64,000 nt of DNA from Terriglobia bacterium (lineage in GTDB: Bacteria; Acidobacteriota; Terriglobia; Acidiferrales; UBA7541), in contig OY968796.1 in NCBI GenBank assembly GCA_963695545.1, positions 1,056,001 through 1,120,000 of the forward strand. Reading direction: 5' to 3'. The notes below the pieces were generated by a model. It had not been told where the DNA came from and ran no database searches. It saw only the letters and a program-made list of their open reading frames with translations. A program made the position numbers and the translations under genes. Positions 13,917-22,595 of the stretch are shown here, piece by piece; within the stretch, counting starts at the first letter, position 1, and each line of letters opens with the position of its first letter.

Positions 13917-15017
13917 TCAGTCGTAGGCCAGCGCTTCGACTGGGTCCTTGCCGCTGGCGAGGTAGGAGGGATAGGTGGCGCCCAAGAGGCCCGCGGCGAC
14001 GGAGATGGCCGCGGCGCGGATGATCCAACTGATGGAGATTTCAATGGTGATCGTCGGAAACGCCGAGAGAAACGCGGCGCGCGTGAGGTAGCTCAAGAGA
14101 ATGCCGGCGACGATCCCAACGCCGCAGATCAGCAGCGTTTCACCCAGGAGCGCCTTAACGATGTAGCCTTTGGACGCTCCGAGGGACTTCAGAACTCCGA
14201 TATCGCGCGTGCGTTCGATCACCGTGGTGTACATGGAGAGAAAAATCACCAGAAAGCCGATGGCCACGGCCAGGCCGATCATGCTGCGGACGAAGGCGTC
14301 AAGACCCGGCAAGCTGGTCTGCGTCATCAGGGAGAGATAATCCTTGAGAGGCCGAATCTGATAGCCGCGAAAAATGTCGCGCATCTCGTCCATCACGGCG
14401 GCGGTGCGGTCGGGGTGCGTGCACTTGATGAAGAAGACCGAGGTTTTGCCCGGCGAGGCGGTCAAGTCTTGCAGCGTCGAGAGCTGCACGAATATTCGCG
14501 CGCCCTTGCCGTGCTCGACGATCCCCGCGACGTTGAAATCGTGATCGAGCATGCGGAACGTGCTGCCGACGGTGAGGTGCTTGGACTGCGCGAGAACGTC
14601 GTCGGCCAACATGTCGTAAGGGCCCTGCAAATCATGTCCGGAGAGAAACACGAACCCGCCGGAAACGTCGCGGAAGCTATCGGGATCGATACCGTAGAGA
14701 ATGTCCACACCGCCGGTCAAATTGAAATAGAAAAGCACGGGCGTGTACGACTGAATATATTTTATTTCGCGCAGCTTATCGCCGAGCTTGATGGGCATCG
14801 GCGCGCCGCTGAAGGCGATGAAAACTTGCGCCGATGGCGGCTGGAGCATGATATCCGCGCCGATGCCTTCGATGCGCTTGCCGGCGTCCTGCATCATGCC
14901 GCTAGTGAGTCCGACGACGATGATCACGAGCGTCACCTGCACGGCGACGGCCAGGATGCTGACGATCGTGCGCACGGGGCGATGCACGACGTTGCGGTAC
15001 ACCATCTGGCCCATCAT
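13917..15017 (-). CDS. MacB/LolE/FtsX-type ABC transporter permease
   Basis: TM1, periplasmic domain, then three C-terminal TMs; ERTRDIGVLKSLGAS; DPVEAL C-terminus. Confidence 0.9.
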   Translation of the reverse strand: MMGQMVYRNVVHRPVRTIVSILAVAVQVTLVIIVVGLTSGMMQDAGKRIEGIGADIMLQPPSAQVFIAFSGAPMPIKLGDKLREIKYIQSYTPVLFYFNLTGGVDILYGIDPDSFRDVSGGFVFLSGHDLQGPYDMLADDVLAQSKHLTVGSTFRMLDHDFNVAGIVEHGKGARIFVQLSTLQDLTASPGKTSVFFIKCTHPDRTAAVMDEMRDIFRGYQIRPLKDYLSLMTQTSLPGLDAFVRSMIGLAVAIGFLVIFLSMYTTVIERTRDIGVLKSLGASKGYIVKALLGETLLICGVGIVAGILLSYLTRAAFLSAFPTITIEISISWIIRAAAISVAAGLLGATYPSYLASGKDPVEALAYD

Positions 15018-16024
15018 GGCTTGGCCTCGGGCTGGGCGGCGGGCTGGTTGTCTTTCTGGGTGCCGGCGGCCTCTTCGTCGACGTTCACGAGCTGCGAGCC
15101 GGCCGGTTGCGCGAGCTGAAAACGATCGGCGGAAATCGGAGAATTGAGCGTGACCTTGGTGGTGCGAATCTCGAGCTGATAATCCTCCTGGGGGCGACGA
15201 AGGTGGATATCGCGCGCAAATTGCGGAGTGGACGCCGGGGATGAGGGCGCCGCGGCGGGCGGATTCGTGGCTGGCGGCGTCGCAGCAGCTTGCGCAGCGG
15301 AAGGCTCGGCGTCCGGCGCGGCCCAGTCGGAGTACGTGATGTCGGAATCGAGGCGGCCTTCGGGTCCATACACCTGAACGCGCGAGATGGAAAGATCGGC
15401 GCGATCAAACCAAATCTTGCGCGCGATTTCCGGACCTGCATCGGCGCGGCGCAACAGCGTCAGAATGTAGAAGCGATCGGGCGAGACATCGAACTGTTCG
15501 ATCAGCACGGGCGAGCCGTCCGGAATTTCCGGCCAGAACAGCGCGTCGAGGACGTGCTGCGGACGCAGATTTTCGATAGGCTTCTTGCCGGGGCGCACAA
15601 GAGCATCCGAGCCGACCAGGAATTTATTCTGCGACGGAATGAAGATGCGGAACGTTTTTCCGTCGCTGGTCATATCGAAAACGTCCTTGGCGACAACGGG
15701 TGCTTGGCCGATCATGCGAATCGAAGCAGGGCGCTGGGCCAGGATGAATCCATGGACGTCATGATACTGCTCGATGACGCCGCTATAGGCGGAACCGGCG
15801 GTGGGGATTAAATCCACCGTGGCGTTCAGGCTTTGAATGCTGCTGGCCTGCTTGTTGTACGCGGCGAGAAGCGCGGCTTTCGTGGCGTCAAGCGCCGGCC
15901 GCGCGATTTGCGATGGAGGAACGGTCGTTTTTGTAGAAATCCTGCACCCGGCGGCGGCAAGGACGAGCAGAAGGCTGGCGGCGCGGGCCGTCCGGAAGGA
16001 TCGATCGAGGATGGTGTTCTTCAC
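15014..16024 (-). CDS. Putative lipoprotein, LolA/DUF4292-like beta-rich fold
   Basis: Signal peptide with LAAAGC lipobox; C-terminal pattern KVTLNSPISADRFQL resembles LolA-like proteins; coupled to the permease. Confidence 0.6.
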   Translation of the reverse strand: MKNTILDRSFRTARAASLLLVLAAAGCRISTKTTVPPSQIARPALDATKAALLAAYNKQASSIQSLNATVDLIPTAGSAYSGVIEQYHDVHGFILAQRPASIRMIGQAPVVAKDVFDMTSDGKTFRIFIPSQNKFLVGSDALVRPGKKPIENLRPQHVLDALFWPEIPDGSPVLIEQFDVSPDRFYILTLLRRADAGPEIARKIWFDRADLSISRVQVYGPEGRLDSDITYSDWAAPDAEPSAAQAAATPPATNPPAAAPSSPASTPQFARDIHLRRPQEDYQLEIRTTKVTLNSPISADRFQLAQPAGSQLVNVDEEAAGTQKDNQPAAQPEAKP

Positions 16025-16077
16025 GTTGATTTGTGATTGCTCGCTAGTCGGCGAATCGTCTTGTAAGCAAACTTGAA

Positions 16078-16106
16078 AATTTAGCAGCGCCGTACGGCAG
16101 CGTCAA
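16078..16106 (-). promoter_or_regulatory. Putative sigma70 promoter
   Basis: Minus strand TTGACG-17 nt-TAAATT with a TG extension, upstream of 16024. Confidence 0.55.
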
Positions 16107-16122
16107 CAAAGCATGTCGCGCG

Positions 16123-16731
16123 TCAAGCCGGTTCGGCGCGCACGATGTCGACATTCAAAGGCAGTTTCTTGAGCGCCGGCTGCAGTCGGCGAATCACTTC
16201 CTCACTCGAGAGGCGATTCGTCAGCAACGTCAAAAAGCCATTCTCGAAATCGCAGACAGCGCAGAACAAGTAAGAATCGATCACCGGCGCGTAGGCGTCA
16301 ACGCCGCCGCTTGAAAGCGTGCCTTCGAGCGCGACATCCTCGGCCGGCAGCGATCCTCCGGCGCGCGCGCCGAAAGTTTCCGCAGCGAACCGCTCGACGA
16401 GTCCGGCCAACGCGTCCGGCGCAAGCTCGGTCGCGGGAATGACGAGCGAGCGCGACGCGGCTTGGCGAAATTCGATCTCATGACGCGCGCAATAATCGCG
16501 CACGCGATCGACGTGCGCGAAGAAATCAAGCGCCCAGGGCTCGCCGGCGGCCATCGCGGAAAGAGACGCGCCCCAAATGCGCCCAGCGTCGGGACCGCGC
16601 ACGGGTTCGCGCGTGGAGCGCTCGATAAGCTCAAAACCCACGCCTTTCGCGCCGGCGCCGAGATCGAGCGGATCAATCTCGAGCTTGTAACCCAGGTCCG
16701 GCGTCTCCGCGCCATTTCCCCCTGGCGTCAT
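16123..16731 (-). CDS. Hypothetical protein
   Basis: 202-aa ORF with ATGA overlap to the upstream gene; protein-like composition. Confidence 0.7.
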   Translation of the reverse strand: MTPGGNGAETPDLGYKLEIDPLDLGAGAKGVGFELIERSTREPVRGPDAGRIWGASLSAMAAGEPWALDFFAHVDRVRDYCARHEIEFRQAASRSLVIPATELAPDALAGLVERFAAETFGARAGGSLPAEDVALEGTLSSGGVDAYAPVIDSYLFCAVCDFENGFLTLLTNRLSSEEVIRRLQPALKKLPLNVDIVRAEPA

Positions 16732-17312
16732 GCGTCCTCCCTGGACGCAGGCGAGCCAAAGCGCGCGACGAAATCAGGCGACTGCTTGCGAATTTCGAGC
16801 CAATCGAAAAATGTTTCCGGCGTTTCGAGCCAGATGCGAAACCATTGCAGGATTTCTTCCTTGTCGGCGCGCTTCTGCCGGTCCACTTTCCGATTGCGCG
16901 CGATCATTTCGGCGCGCCGGCGGCCCAGGCGGCCGACTTCAAGGACGCGCTCGGCGGCGGCGCGGTCGTGTTCGGCGCGGAATTTTCGCAGCATTTCGTC
17001 AAGCCGCACCAGACACATCTCGGCTTCTTCGAGCGTGGCGAAACGCAGCAGATCGCGAAACTCCTCTTCGTGCCGGCCGTCGGTGTCTGACTGCGTGGAG
17101 CGCGCGACGCGCAAGCCGGCGTCTTCCAGCACGTCAGTGACGTAATCGACGGAAGTCTTGCCGGGCGCGCCAAGACGCGCCGCGAGCTGCCGGCGAATCT
17201 GCTCGATCTCGGCGGGCGTGTAGCGCGTGACGCGCAATTCCGCCGCGATCGCCAGGATCACGTCTTTCTTGGAAATTTTGGAAGCGCTCATGAGCATCAC
17301 CTTCAGATTCAC
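16728..17312 (-). CDS. Hypothetical helical protein
   Basis: Coupled to the mltG stop; ends WFRIWLETPETFFDWLEIRK. Confidence 0.75.
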   Translation of the reverse strand: MNLKVMLMSASKISKKDVILAIAAELRVTRYTPAEIEQIRRQLAARLGAPGKTSVDYVTDVLEDAGLRVARSTQSDTDGRHEEEFRDLLRFATLEEAEMCLVRLDEMLRKFRAEHDRAAAERVLEVGRLGRRRAEMIARNRKVDRQKRADKEEILQWFRIWLETPETFFDWLEIRKQSPDFVARFGSPASREDA

Positions 17313-18367
17313 TTCGGCTTCGGCGCAGTTTGCGCGGCGTGGTCGTTTTGAGCCGGGGCGCTTTCCTGGGCCGCGCGCAGCTTGCGGTAGCGCGCGACGT
17401 TGCGATTGTGCTCGGCAAGTGTCTTGCTGAAAAAGTGGCCGCCCTGCGTGTTCGCGACGAAGTAGAGATAATCGGTGGGCGGCGGATCGAGAGCTGCGCG
17501 CAACGAAGCTTCGCCGGGATTCGAGATCGGGCCCGGGGGCAGGCCGACAACTTGGTACGTGTTGTACGGCGATTTAAAATGCAAGTCGGCGTCGTCAAGC
17601 GGTCCCGTTGAGCGGCCGGCGAGCGCGAGCGCGTAGGCCACAGTGGGATCGCATTCGAGCGGCATGTTGCGCACCAAACGATTCGTGAAGACGCCCGCGA
17701 CGAGCGGCCGCTCGGCGTCGAGCGGCGTTTCGCGCTCGACGAGCGAAGCGAGCGTCACCACGCGCTCGACGGGCACGGGAAATCTGGAATTTGGCTGCGG
17801 CAGAGTGTCCCACTCTTCGCGAAATTTATTCACCATGGCCTGCACCATTTCCGCGGCGGTGATGTGGCGCGGAAACTCATACGTCGCCGGAAACAAAAAC
17901 CCTTCAAGGTTCGGCGCCGTCGGGGCGAGATCCAGAATCGGAGCCGGATCGGCCGCGGCGGCGAGAAATTCATCGCGAGTCACAAGGCCCTCTTGCTGGG
18001 CCAGGTCCGCGATGTCGAACATGTTGTAGCCCTCCGGAATGACCAGCGGAATCACAAAAACGCGGCCGCTGGCGATCGCGTCGAACACCTGGCGCTGCGT
18101 CTCGGCGCGATCGAAGTAATACTCGCCGGCTTCAAGCGGGCGCAGATCGCGGAAGCGCGCCAAAATTTCAAACGCCAAACGGCTGCGTATCACGCCTTGC
18201 TCGGCGAGCAACCGGCCGATCGTGCGGCGCGATGCGCCGTGCGGGATATCCACATAAACGCCGGGCGGCGAGGCGAATCCTTGATAGGGCAAGTACCACG
18301 CGGCAGCGAGCCACGCACCTGCAGCCACGATCGCCAGAATCAGTAGCGTCCAAAAGGCGCGGCGCAT
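17309..18367 (-). CDS. mltG: Endolytic transglycosylase MltG
   Basis: N-terminal TM, LEGFLFPATY, LASLVERET, CDPTV, SPYNTY..GLPPGPISNPG. Confidence 0.95.
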   Translation of the reverse strand: MRRAFWTLLILAIVAAGAWLAAAWYLPYQGFASPPGVYVDIPHGASRRTIGRLLAEQGVIRSRLAFEILARFRDLRPLEAGEYYFDRAETQRQVFDAIASGRVFVIPLVIPEGYNMFDIADLAQQEGLVTRDEFLAAAADPAPILDLAPTAPNLEGFLFPATYEFPRHITAAEMVQAMVNKFREEWDTLPQPNSRFPVPVERVVTLASLVERETPLDAERPLVAGVFTNRLVRNMPLECDPTVAYALALAGRSTGPLDDADLHFKSPYNTYQVVGLPPGPISNPGEASLRAALDPPPTDYLYFVANTQGGHFFSKTLAEHNRNVARYRKLRAAQESAPAQNDHAAQTAPKPK

Positions 18368-18368
18368 T

Positions 18369-18881
18369 CTAGCTGCCGACCGAACTTGATGCGCCCGAAT
18401 TGTTGGATGCATCGGACGATCCGGTTGCGCGCGCGGGCTTGGCGGGGCGCTCGCGAAGCAAGTATTCGTCGAGGATCAGCGCAGCGGCGCGCGCGTCAAG
18501 GCCAACATCGCCGCGGCGCGGCGCACGCTCCTGCGCGGCTTGCCAACTGGTGAGGCGTTCGTCGGCCAGCGCGACGGGCAGGCCCAATTGCCGCCCGAGT
18601 TGAATCGCAAAGCGACCGGCTTCGGCGGACATTTCGCTGGGCGCGCCATCGAGATGCAGCGGCAGGCCGACGACGATGCGGCGCACGCCGTGGCGGCGCA
18701 CAAGCTCGCGCAGGCGCGTGATATCGCGGCGGCGATTCGTGCGAATCCAGGTGGCCAGCGGGCGCGCGGTCACGCCGAGGGCGTCGGAGAGCGCAAGACC
18801 CCAGCGTTTGCGGCCGTAATCGATGGCCAAGACTGGGCCGAAACGTGGCGGCGACGGCTTGCCTAAAGCGGCAGCACTCAT
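18369..18881 (-). CDS. ruvX: RuvX/YqgF family nuclease
   Basis: LAIDYGRKRWGLALSD, VVGLP, DERLTS, DARAAALIL. Confidence 0.92.
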   Translation of the reverse strand: MSAAALGKPSPPRFGPVLAIDYGRKRWGLALSDALGVTARPLATWIRTNRRRDITRLRELVRRHGVRRIVVGLPLHLDGAPSEMSAEAGRFAIQLGRQLGLPVALADERLTSWQAAQERAPRRGDVGLDARAAALILDEYLLRERPAKPARATGSSDASNNSGASSSVGS

Positions 18882-18901
18882 GCTTCTATTATAGCGCGGC
18901 G

Positions 18902-20008
18902 TTAGCTGCGCCAGCGGAGCGTCACGGGACCGGGAATGGGATGTTCAAAGGGCCGGCCGGTGCGGCGCGAATCGAGATAGGCCTTTTTCAATTGGAAATA
19001 CCAGCGCGCGGGTCGATCGGCGTCGTCCACAAGCATCAGCGTGGGATGGCTGCGCAGGCCGACCACTTGCTTTTCCATGGTGCGCTGATCCTGGCCGATG
19101 AATCGCGTGGCGAACGAGCGGAAAATCGGCACGACGAAAGGCATCCACGGAAAAATATTCCACGCGGCGCAGAAGTCGATGCGGCACTTATCGGCGGTGA
19201 CCGGCGTCACGGTGGTGCGGCTTGAAAACCAGAAGCGGCCGCAGTGAATCACTTCGAGGCGATGATTCGGCAAGATGAAGTCGATGGTCGTGGTGATGGG
19301 CTCTTTGTAAATGCGCAGAAGCTTGTACGCGCCGCTATTGGCCGAAGGCTTGTGCGCGCTCATGCGAAAGCCCAGCGGAATCGGCTCGAACATTTTTTCC
19401 TTGGTTTGGATGCTGCGCCGCGATCGCCACCACCACGATTGGTGAACGAACGGGCCGTGCGCGGGGTCCATCAGGCCGATGATGCCGTGATCGACATTGC
19501 TGGGAAGATCGGCTTCGAGACGCGTGATGCGATAGCGCGCGCTGAACGTTTCCAGTTTCGGCGCGGGCGGCGGATCGACGGCGCGCGCGGCCGGTCCGCG
19601 CAGCGCTTCGTCGGGCATATAGACCCACACGTAGCCATCGTGCTCGGCGGCGGGAAAACTGCCGCAGTAAATGCGCTCGACCTTGAGCTTTGAATCCTCG
19701 GTGATCGAAGGAACCAATCGGCATTGGCCTGTGTGCGGCTCGAATTGCCAGCCGTGATAGCAGCATTCGACATTGTCGCCTTCAAACCGGCCGGCGCTGA
19801 GCGGCATTCCCCGATGCGGACAAACATCGCGCAACGCAAACGCACGCCCAGAAGGATCTCGCCCGATCACCAGTGGCTCGCCAAGCAGATGCACGGCAAG
19901 AAGGCCGCGCTTCGGCACGCGCGCTGTCAGCGTCGCGGGATACCAGAAACCGCGAAGCATTTCGGCTCCGACAGTTTGATCGGTGGATGGCGGCTGGAGT
20001 TCGGTCAT
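18902..20008 (-). CDS. Rieske non-heme iron oxygenase alpha subunit
   Basis: Rieske ligands CPHRG...CCYHGW; mononuclear iron motif DPAHGPFVH. Confidence 0.9.
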   Translation of the reverse strand: MTELQPPSTDQTVGAEMLRGFWYPATLTARVPKRGLLAVHLLGEPLVIGRDPSGRAFALRDVCPHRGMPLSAGRFEGDNVECCYHGWQFEPHTGQCRLVPSITEDSKLKVERIYCGSFPAAEHDGYVWVYMPDEALRGPAARAVDPPPAPKLETFSARYRITRLEADLPSNVDHGIIGLMDPAHGPFVHQSWWWRSRRSIQTKEKMFEPIPLGFRMSAHKPSANSGAYKLLRIYKEPITTTIDFILPNHRLEVIHCGRFWFSSRTTVTPVTADKCRIDFCAAWNIFPWMPFVVPIFRSFATRFIGQDQRTMEKQVVGLRSHPTLMLVDDADRPARWYFQLKKAYLDSRRTGRPFEHPIPGPVTLRWRS

Positions 20009-20124
20009 TCGGATCGAATATCGCGCTCGCTGATTTTTTCGTTTCGCGCGGCAAGCGTACTACGCGCTCTCACTCGGAGCAATGACATGCCAGGATACCG
20101 CGATCGACCCGAGCGCTCGTCCGA

Positions 20125-21255
20125 TCACCGCGGTCCGGCTTGCTTCATGAGCGCCTCGGCCTCCGCGCGCGAAAGGCGCGGCCCGAGCGGGGCCACATCT
20201 TCGGCGACGTCGAACGCGGTGACCCCAGCAATTGCCGCGTGGCGCCCCAATTCCTGAAGATCTGGTTGGTCGAGCGTGATCGAGGAAGCCGCGTTCCACT
20301 GTTGGGGTTCCGCAACAATCGTGGGCACACCTTGTAGAAGGAATTGCAGAGTGCAGTTGGCGTCGGCATCGGACTCGGAGTAGGAGTCCGGCGCCGGCGC
20401 CAGCTTTTCGAGGGGTTTCAGGGCTTCACTCACTTGCGGCTCAATGTCTTGTCGGCCGTTTAGGAGATAACGCGTGCCCCGACCCATGCCCTGCGCCACG
20501 AAGATTGCGGCGATCGTGCCGTCCAATTCGGCAACGTGCGCGCTAACGTAGTCGGACGCGCCGCATTCGTCCGTTCCCGCGGCATAGAAAAGAACGAAGC
20601 GAATTGTGCGTCGGGGCAGAAGGCCGGTGGCCGCGATATCGCGCGCAGCTTCGACCAACACAGCGGCATTGGCGACCCCATCAGGGTCGCCTTGGAGGCG
20701 AAGAGATGAACCGACTGCCGCGGCCAGGATGACAACTTCGCCCGGTTTTTCGCGGCCGCGGATTTCCGCGACGACATTTTCCAACCCGGGTGCGCGCGGT
20801 GAAGAAGGCTCCGTGTGCACCTGGAGTCCCGCCGCGCGAAATGCGGCCACGGCCCAATCGACCGCGCGCACGTCGTCAACGACACTTTGCGGAGCCGCCG
20901 CTCCCATGGCGTGGCCGCCTTCTCCGCCTGCCAGAATGCGCAGATTCGCCTCAATCGTCGAATCTTTGCCCATGGCGTTGGCGATGATCTTGGGCGCGGC
21001 TTCGGCGCAGAGAGTGGGTTCGGCTTCGGAGCAAACCTGCGCGGGAGGCTGCGCTCGAATGCGCGCGAGCGGATCGGGCTCGGGCGGCGTTACCTGCGAG
21101 AACGCGGGGACGGCTGCGAAAAGCAAGAGTGCTGGGAGAATGGTCAGCGCCAGGAAGGCGGCTCGCGATTTCACGCGCGTTGCGAACCGAGCGGGCGGTG
21201 GTGCCGCGAAGCGCAAGAGCCTCTCCTGTGGCGCACTGGGCTGCCGGACAATCAT
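20125..21255 (-). CDS. M28-family peptidase-like exported protein with degenerate active site
   Basis: NVVAEIRGREKPGEVVI and PRRTIRFVLF match the M28 scaffold, but the metal ligands are missing; signal peptide present. Confidence 0.7.
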   Translation of the reverse strand: MIVRQPSAPQERLLRFAAPPPARFATRVKSRAAFLALTILPALLLFAAVPAFSQVTPPEPDPLARIRAQPPAQVCSEAEPTLCAEAAPKIIANAMGKDSTIEANLRILAGGEGGHAMGAAAPQSVVDDVRAVDWAVAAFRAAGLQVHTEPSSPRAPGLENVVAEIRGREKPGEVVILAAAVGSSLRLQGDPDGVANAAVLVEAARDIAATGLLPRRTIRFVLFYAAGTDECGASDYVSAHVAELDGTIAAIFVAQGMGRGTRYLLNGRQDIEPQVSEALKPLEKLAPAPDSYSESDADANCTLQFLLQGVPTIVAEPQQWNAASSITLDQPDLQELGRHAAIAGVTAFDVAEDVAPLGPRLSRAEAEALMKQAGPR

Positions 21256-21300
21256 TGTAGCGTGGACGTGTACCGCGGCGGCCCACGAGTCCCGGTGCGC

Positions 21301-22182
21301 TTAGATGCCGTCGAGCACCGAGTCGGCCACGCGCGCGACCTGGGCCATTTCGGCGACATCGTGAACGCGAACGATATGCGCGCCGCACAGGATGGCGGCC
21401 GTCACGGCGGCCGCTGTGCCCCAGAGACGCTCGGCGACCGGAGGCACTTCGGTTTTCCCAGTCTGCGCCCAGCCGATTGAGCTTTTGCGCGAAGGCCCGA
21501 TCGCGATGGGGAATCCGAGACGAGCGAGTTCGGGCAGGCGCGCGAGCAACTCGAAATTTTGCGCGTGCCGCTTGCCAAAGCCGAAGCCTGGGTCGAGCAC
21601 GATCCGATCTTTTGTGACGCCAGCGGCGCGGGCTTGGCGCACGGCGCGGCGCAAACTTCCGACAACATCGCGCATGGCGTCGCGCGCGAATGGACCGCGC
21701 TGCATCGTGGCAGGCGTGCCGCGCATGTGCATCAGGATCAGCGCGAGGCGATGGCGCGCGGCGACTTTGGCTAATTCCGGGCCAGCGCGCAGCGCGGAGA
21801 CATCATTCAGGATTTGTGCGCCGCCATCCGCCGCGGCTTCCGCGACCTCGGCGCTCTGCGTATCGACGGAAATCGGAACGCGCAATTGGCCGCGCAATTC
21901 TTTGAGCACCGGCAGCAGAAGCCTGATTTGCTCGGCTGGGCGCACGGGCACCGAACCGGGGCGCGTGGATTCGGCGCCGATATCGATCAGATCAGCGCCG
22001 GCGTGCTCCATCGCGAGCGCGTGGGCCACGGCGGATTGCGAATCGAGATAAAGCCCGCCATCGGAGAAACTGTCGGGCGTGACGTTGAGCACGCCCATCA
22101 CCAGCGTGCGCTCGCCCAGCACAAGCGCGCGCGATCCGAGACGCAGACGGAAACGCCGGCGAGCCGTCGTCTTTATTGGCAT
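21301..22182 (-). CDS. folP: Dihydropteroate synthase
   Basis: MGVLNVTPDSFSDGG, IDIGAESTRPG, DPGFGFGK, SRKS, IVRVHDV. Confidence 0.96.
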   Translation of the reverse strand: MPIKTTARRRFRLRLGSRALVLGERTLVMGVLNVTPDSFSDGGLYLDSQSAVAHALAMEHAGADLIDIGAESTRPGSVPVRPAEQIRLLLPVLKELRGQLRVPISVDTQSAEVAEAAADGGAQILNDVSALRAGPELAKVAARHRLALILMHMRGTPATMQRGPFARDAMRDVVGSLRRAVRQARAAGVTKDRIVLDPGFGFGKRHAQNFELLARLPELARLGFPIAIGPSRKSSIGWAQTGKTEVPPVAERLWGTAAAVTAAILCGAHIVRVHDVAEMAQVARVADSVLDGI

Positions 22183-22191
22183 TTGTCGTCG

Positions 22192-22506
22192 CTAATCGAG
22201 ATCGTAATCGCGGAGGGGTTTTTCAACCGGCTGGTCCTTGGCTCGCTTCAGGGCTTCTTCAAATTTGCGCGTCAGAACGTCTTCCTTGTTTTTTTCCGCT
22301 TCGCAGGACTGGCGGAATTTATCTTCGCGCAGCCGCTCCTGCTCGGCCAGGATATTCGCGGAGTCGGTCAGATCCACGCCCGGCGCGGCGCGAGCAGGCA
22401 GCTCGTGCGCGAGAACCACGGCGAGCTGCGTATCGATCGTCAACTTCGCCCGGCAGCACGGGCAATCGACTTCGATGGTGGATGGGACTGCCGGCTTCTG
22501 CGCCAT
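22192..22506 (-). CDS. Hypothetical protein with N-terminal CPCC zinc-ribbon-like motif and coiled coil
   Basis: EVDCPCCRAKL; TAGAAT lies 6 nt before the ATG. Confidence 0.75.
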   Translation of the reverse strand: MAQKPAVPSTIEVDCPCCRAKLTIDTQLAVVLAHELPARAAPGVDLTDSANILAEQERLREDKFRQSCEAEKNKEDVLTRKFEEALKRAKDQPVEKPLRDYDLD

Positions 22507-22595
22507 GCCGGTATTCTACGCCACATCGCCGTGGTGGAGGTATCGAGAGCAGCGCCGAATAGCTCCGTGCGGGCTTATGATGTGCCGGGGGCGAC

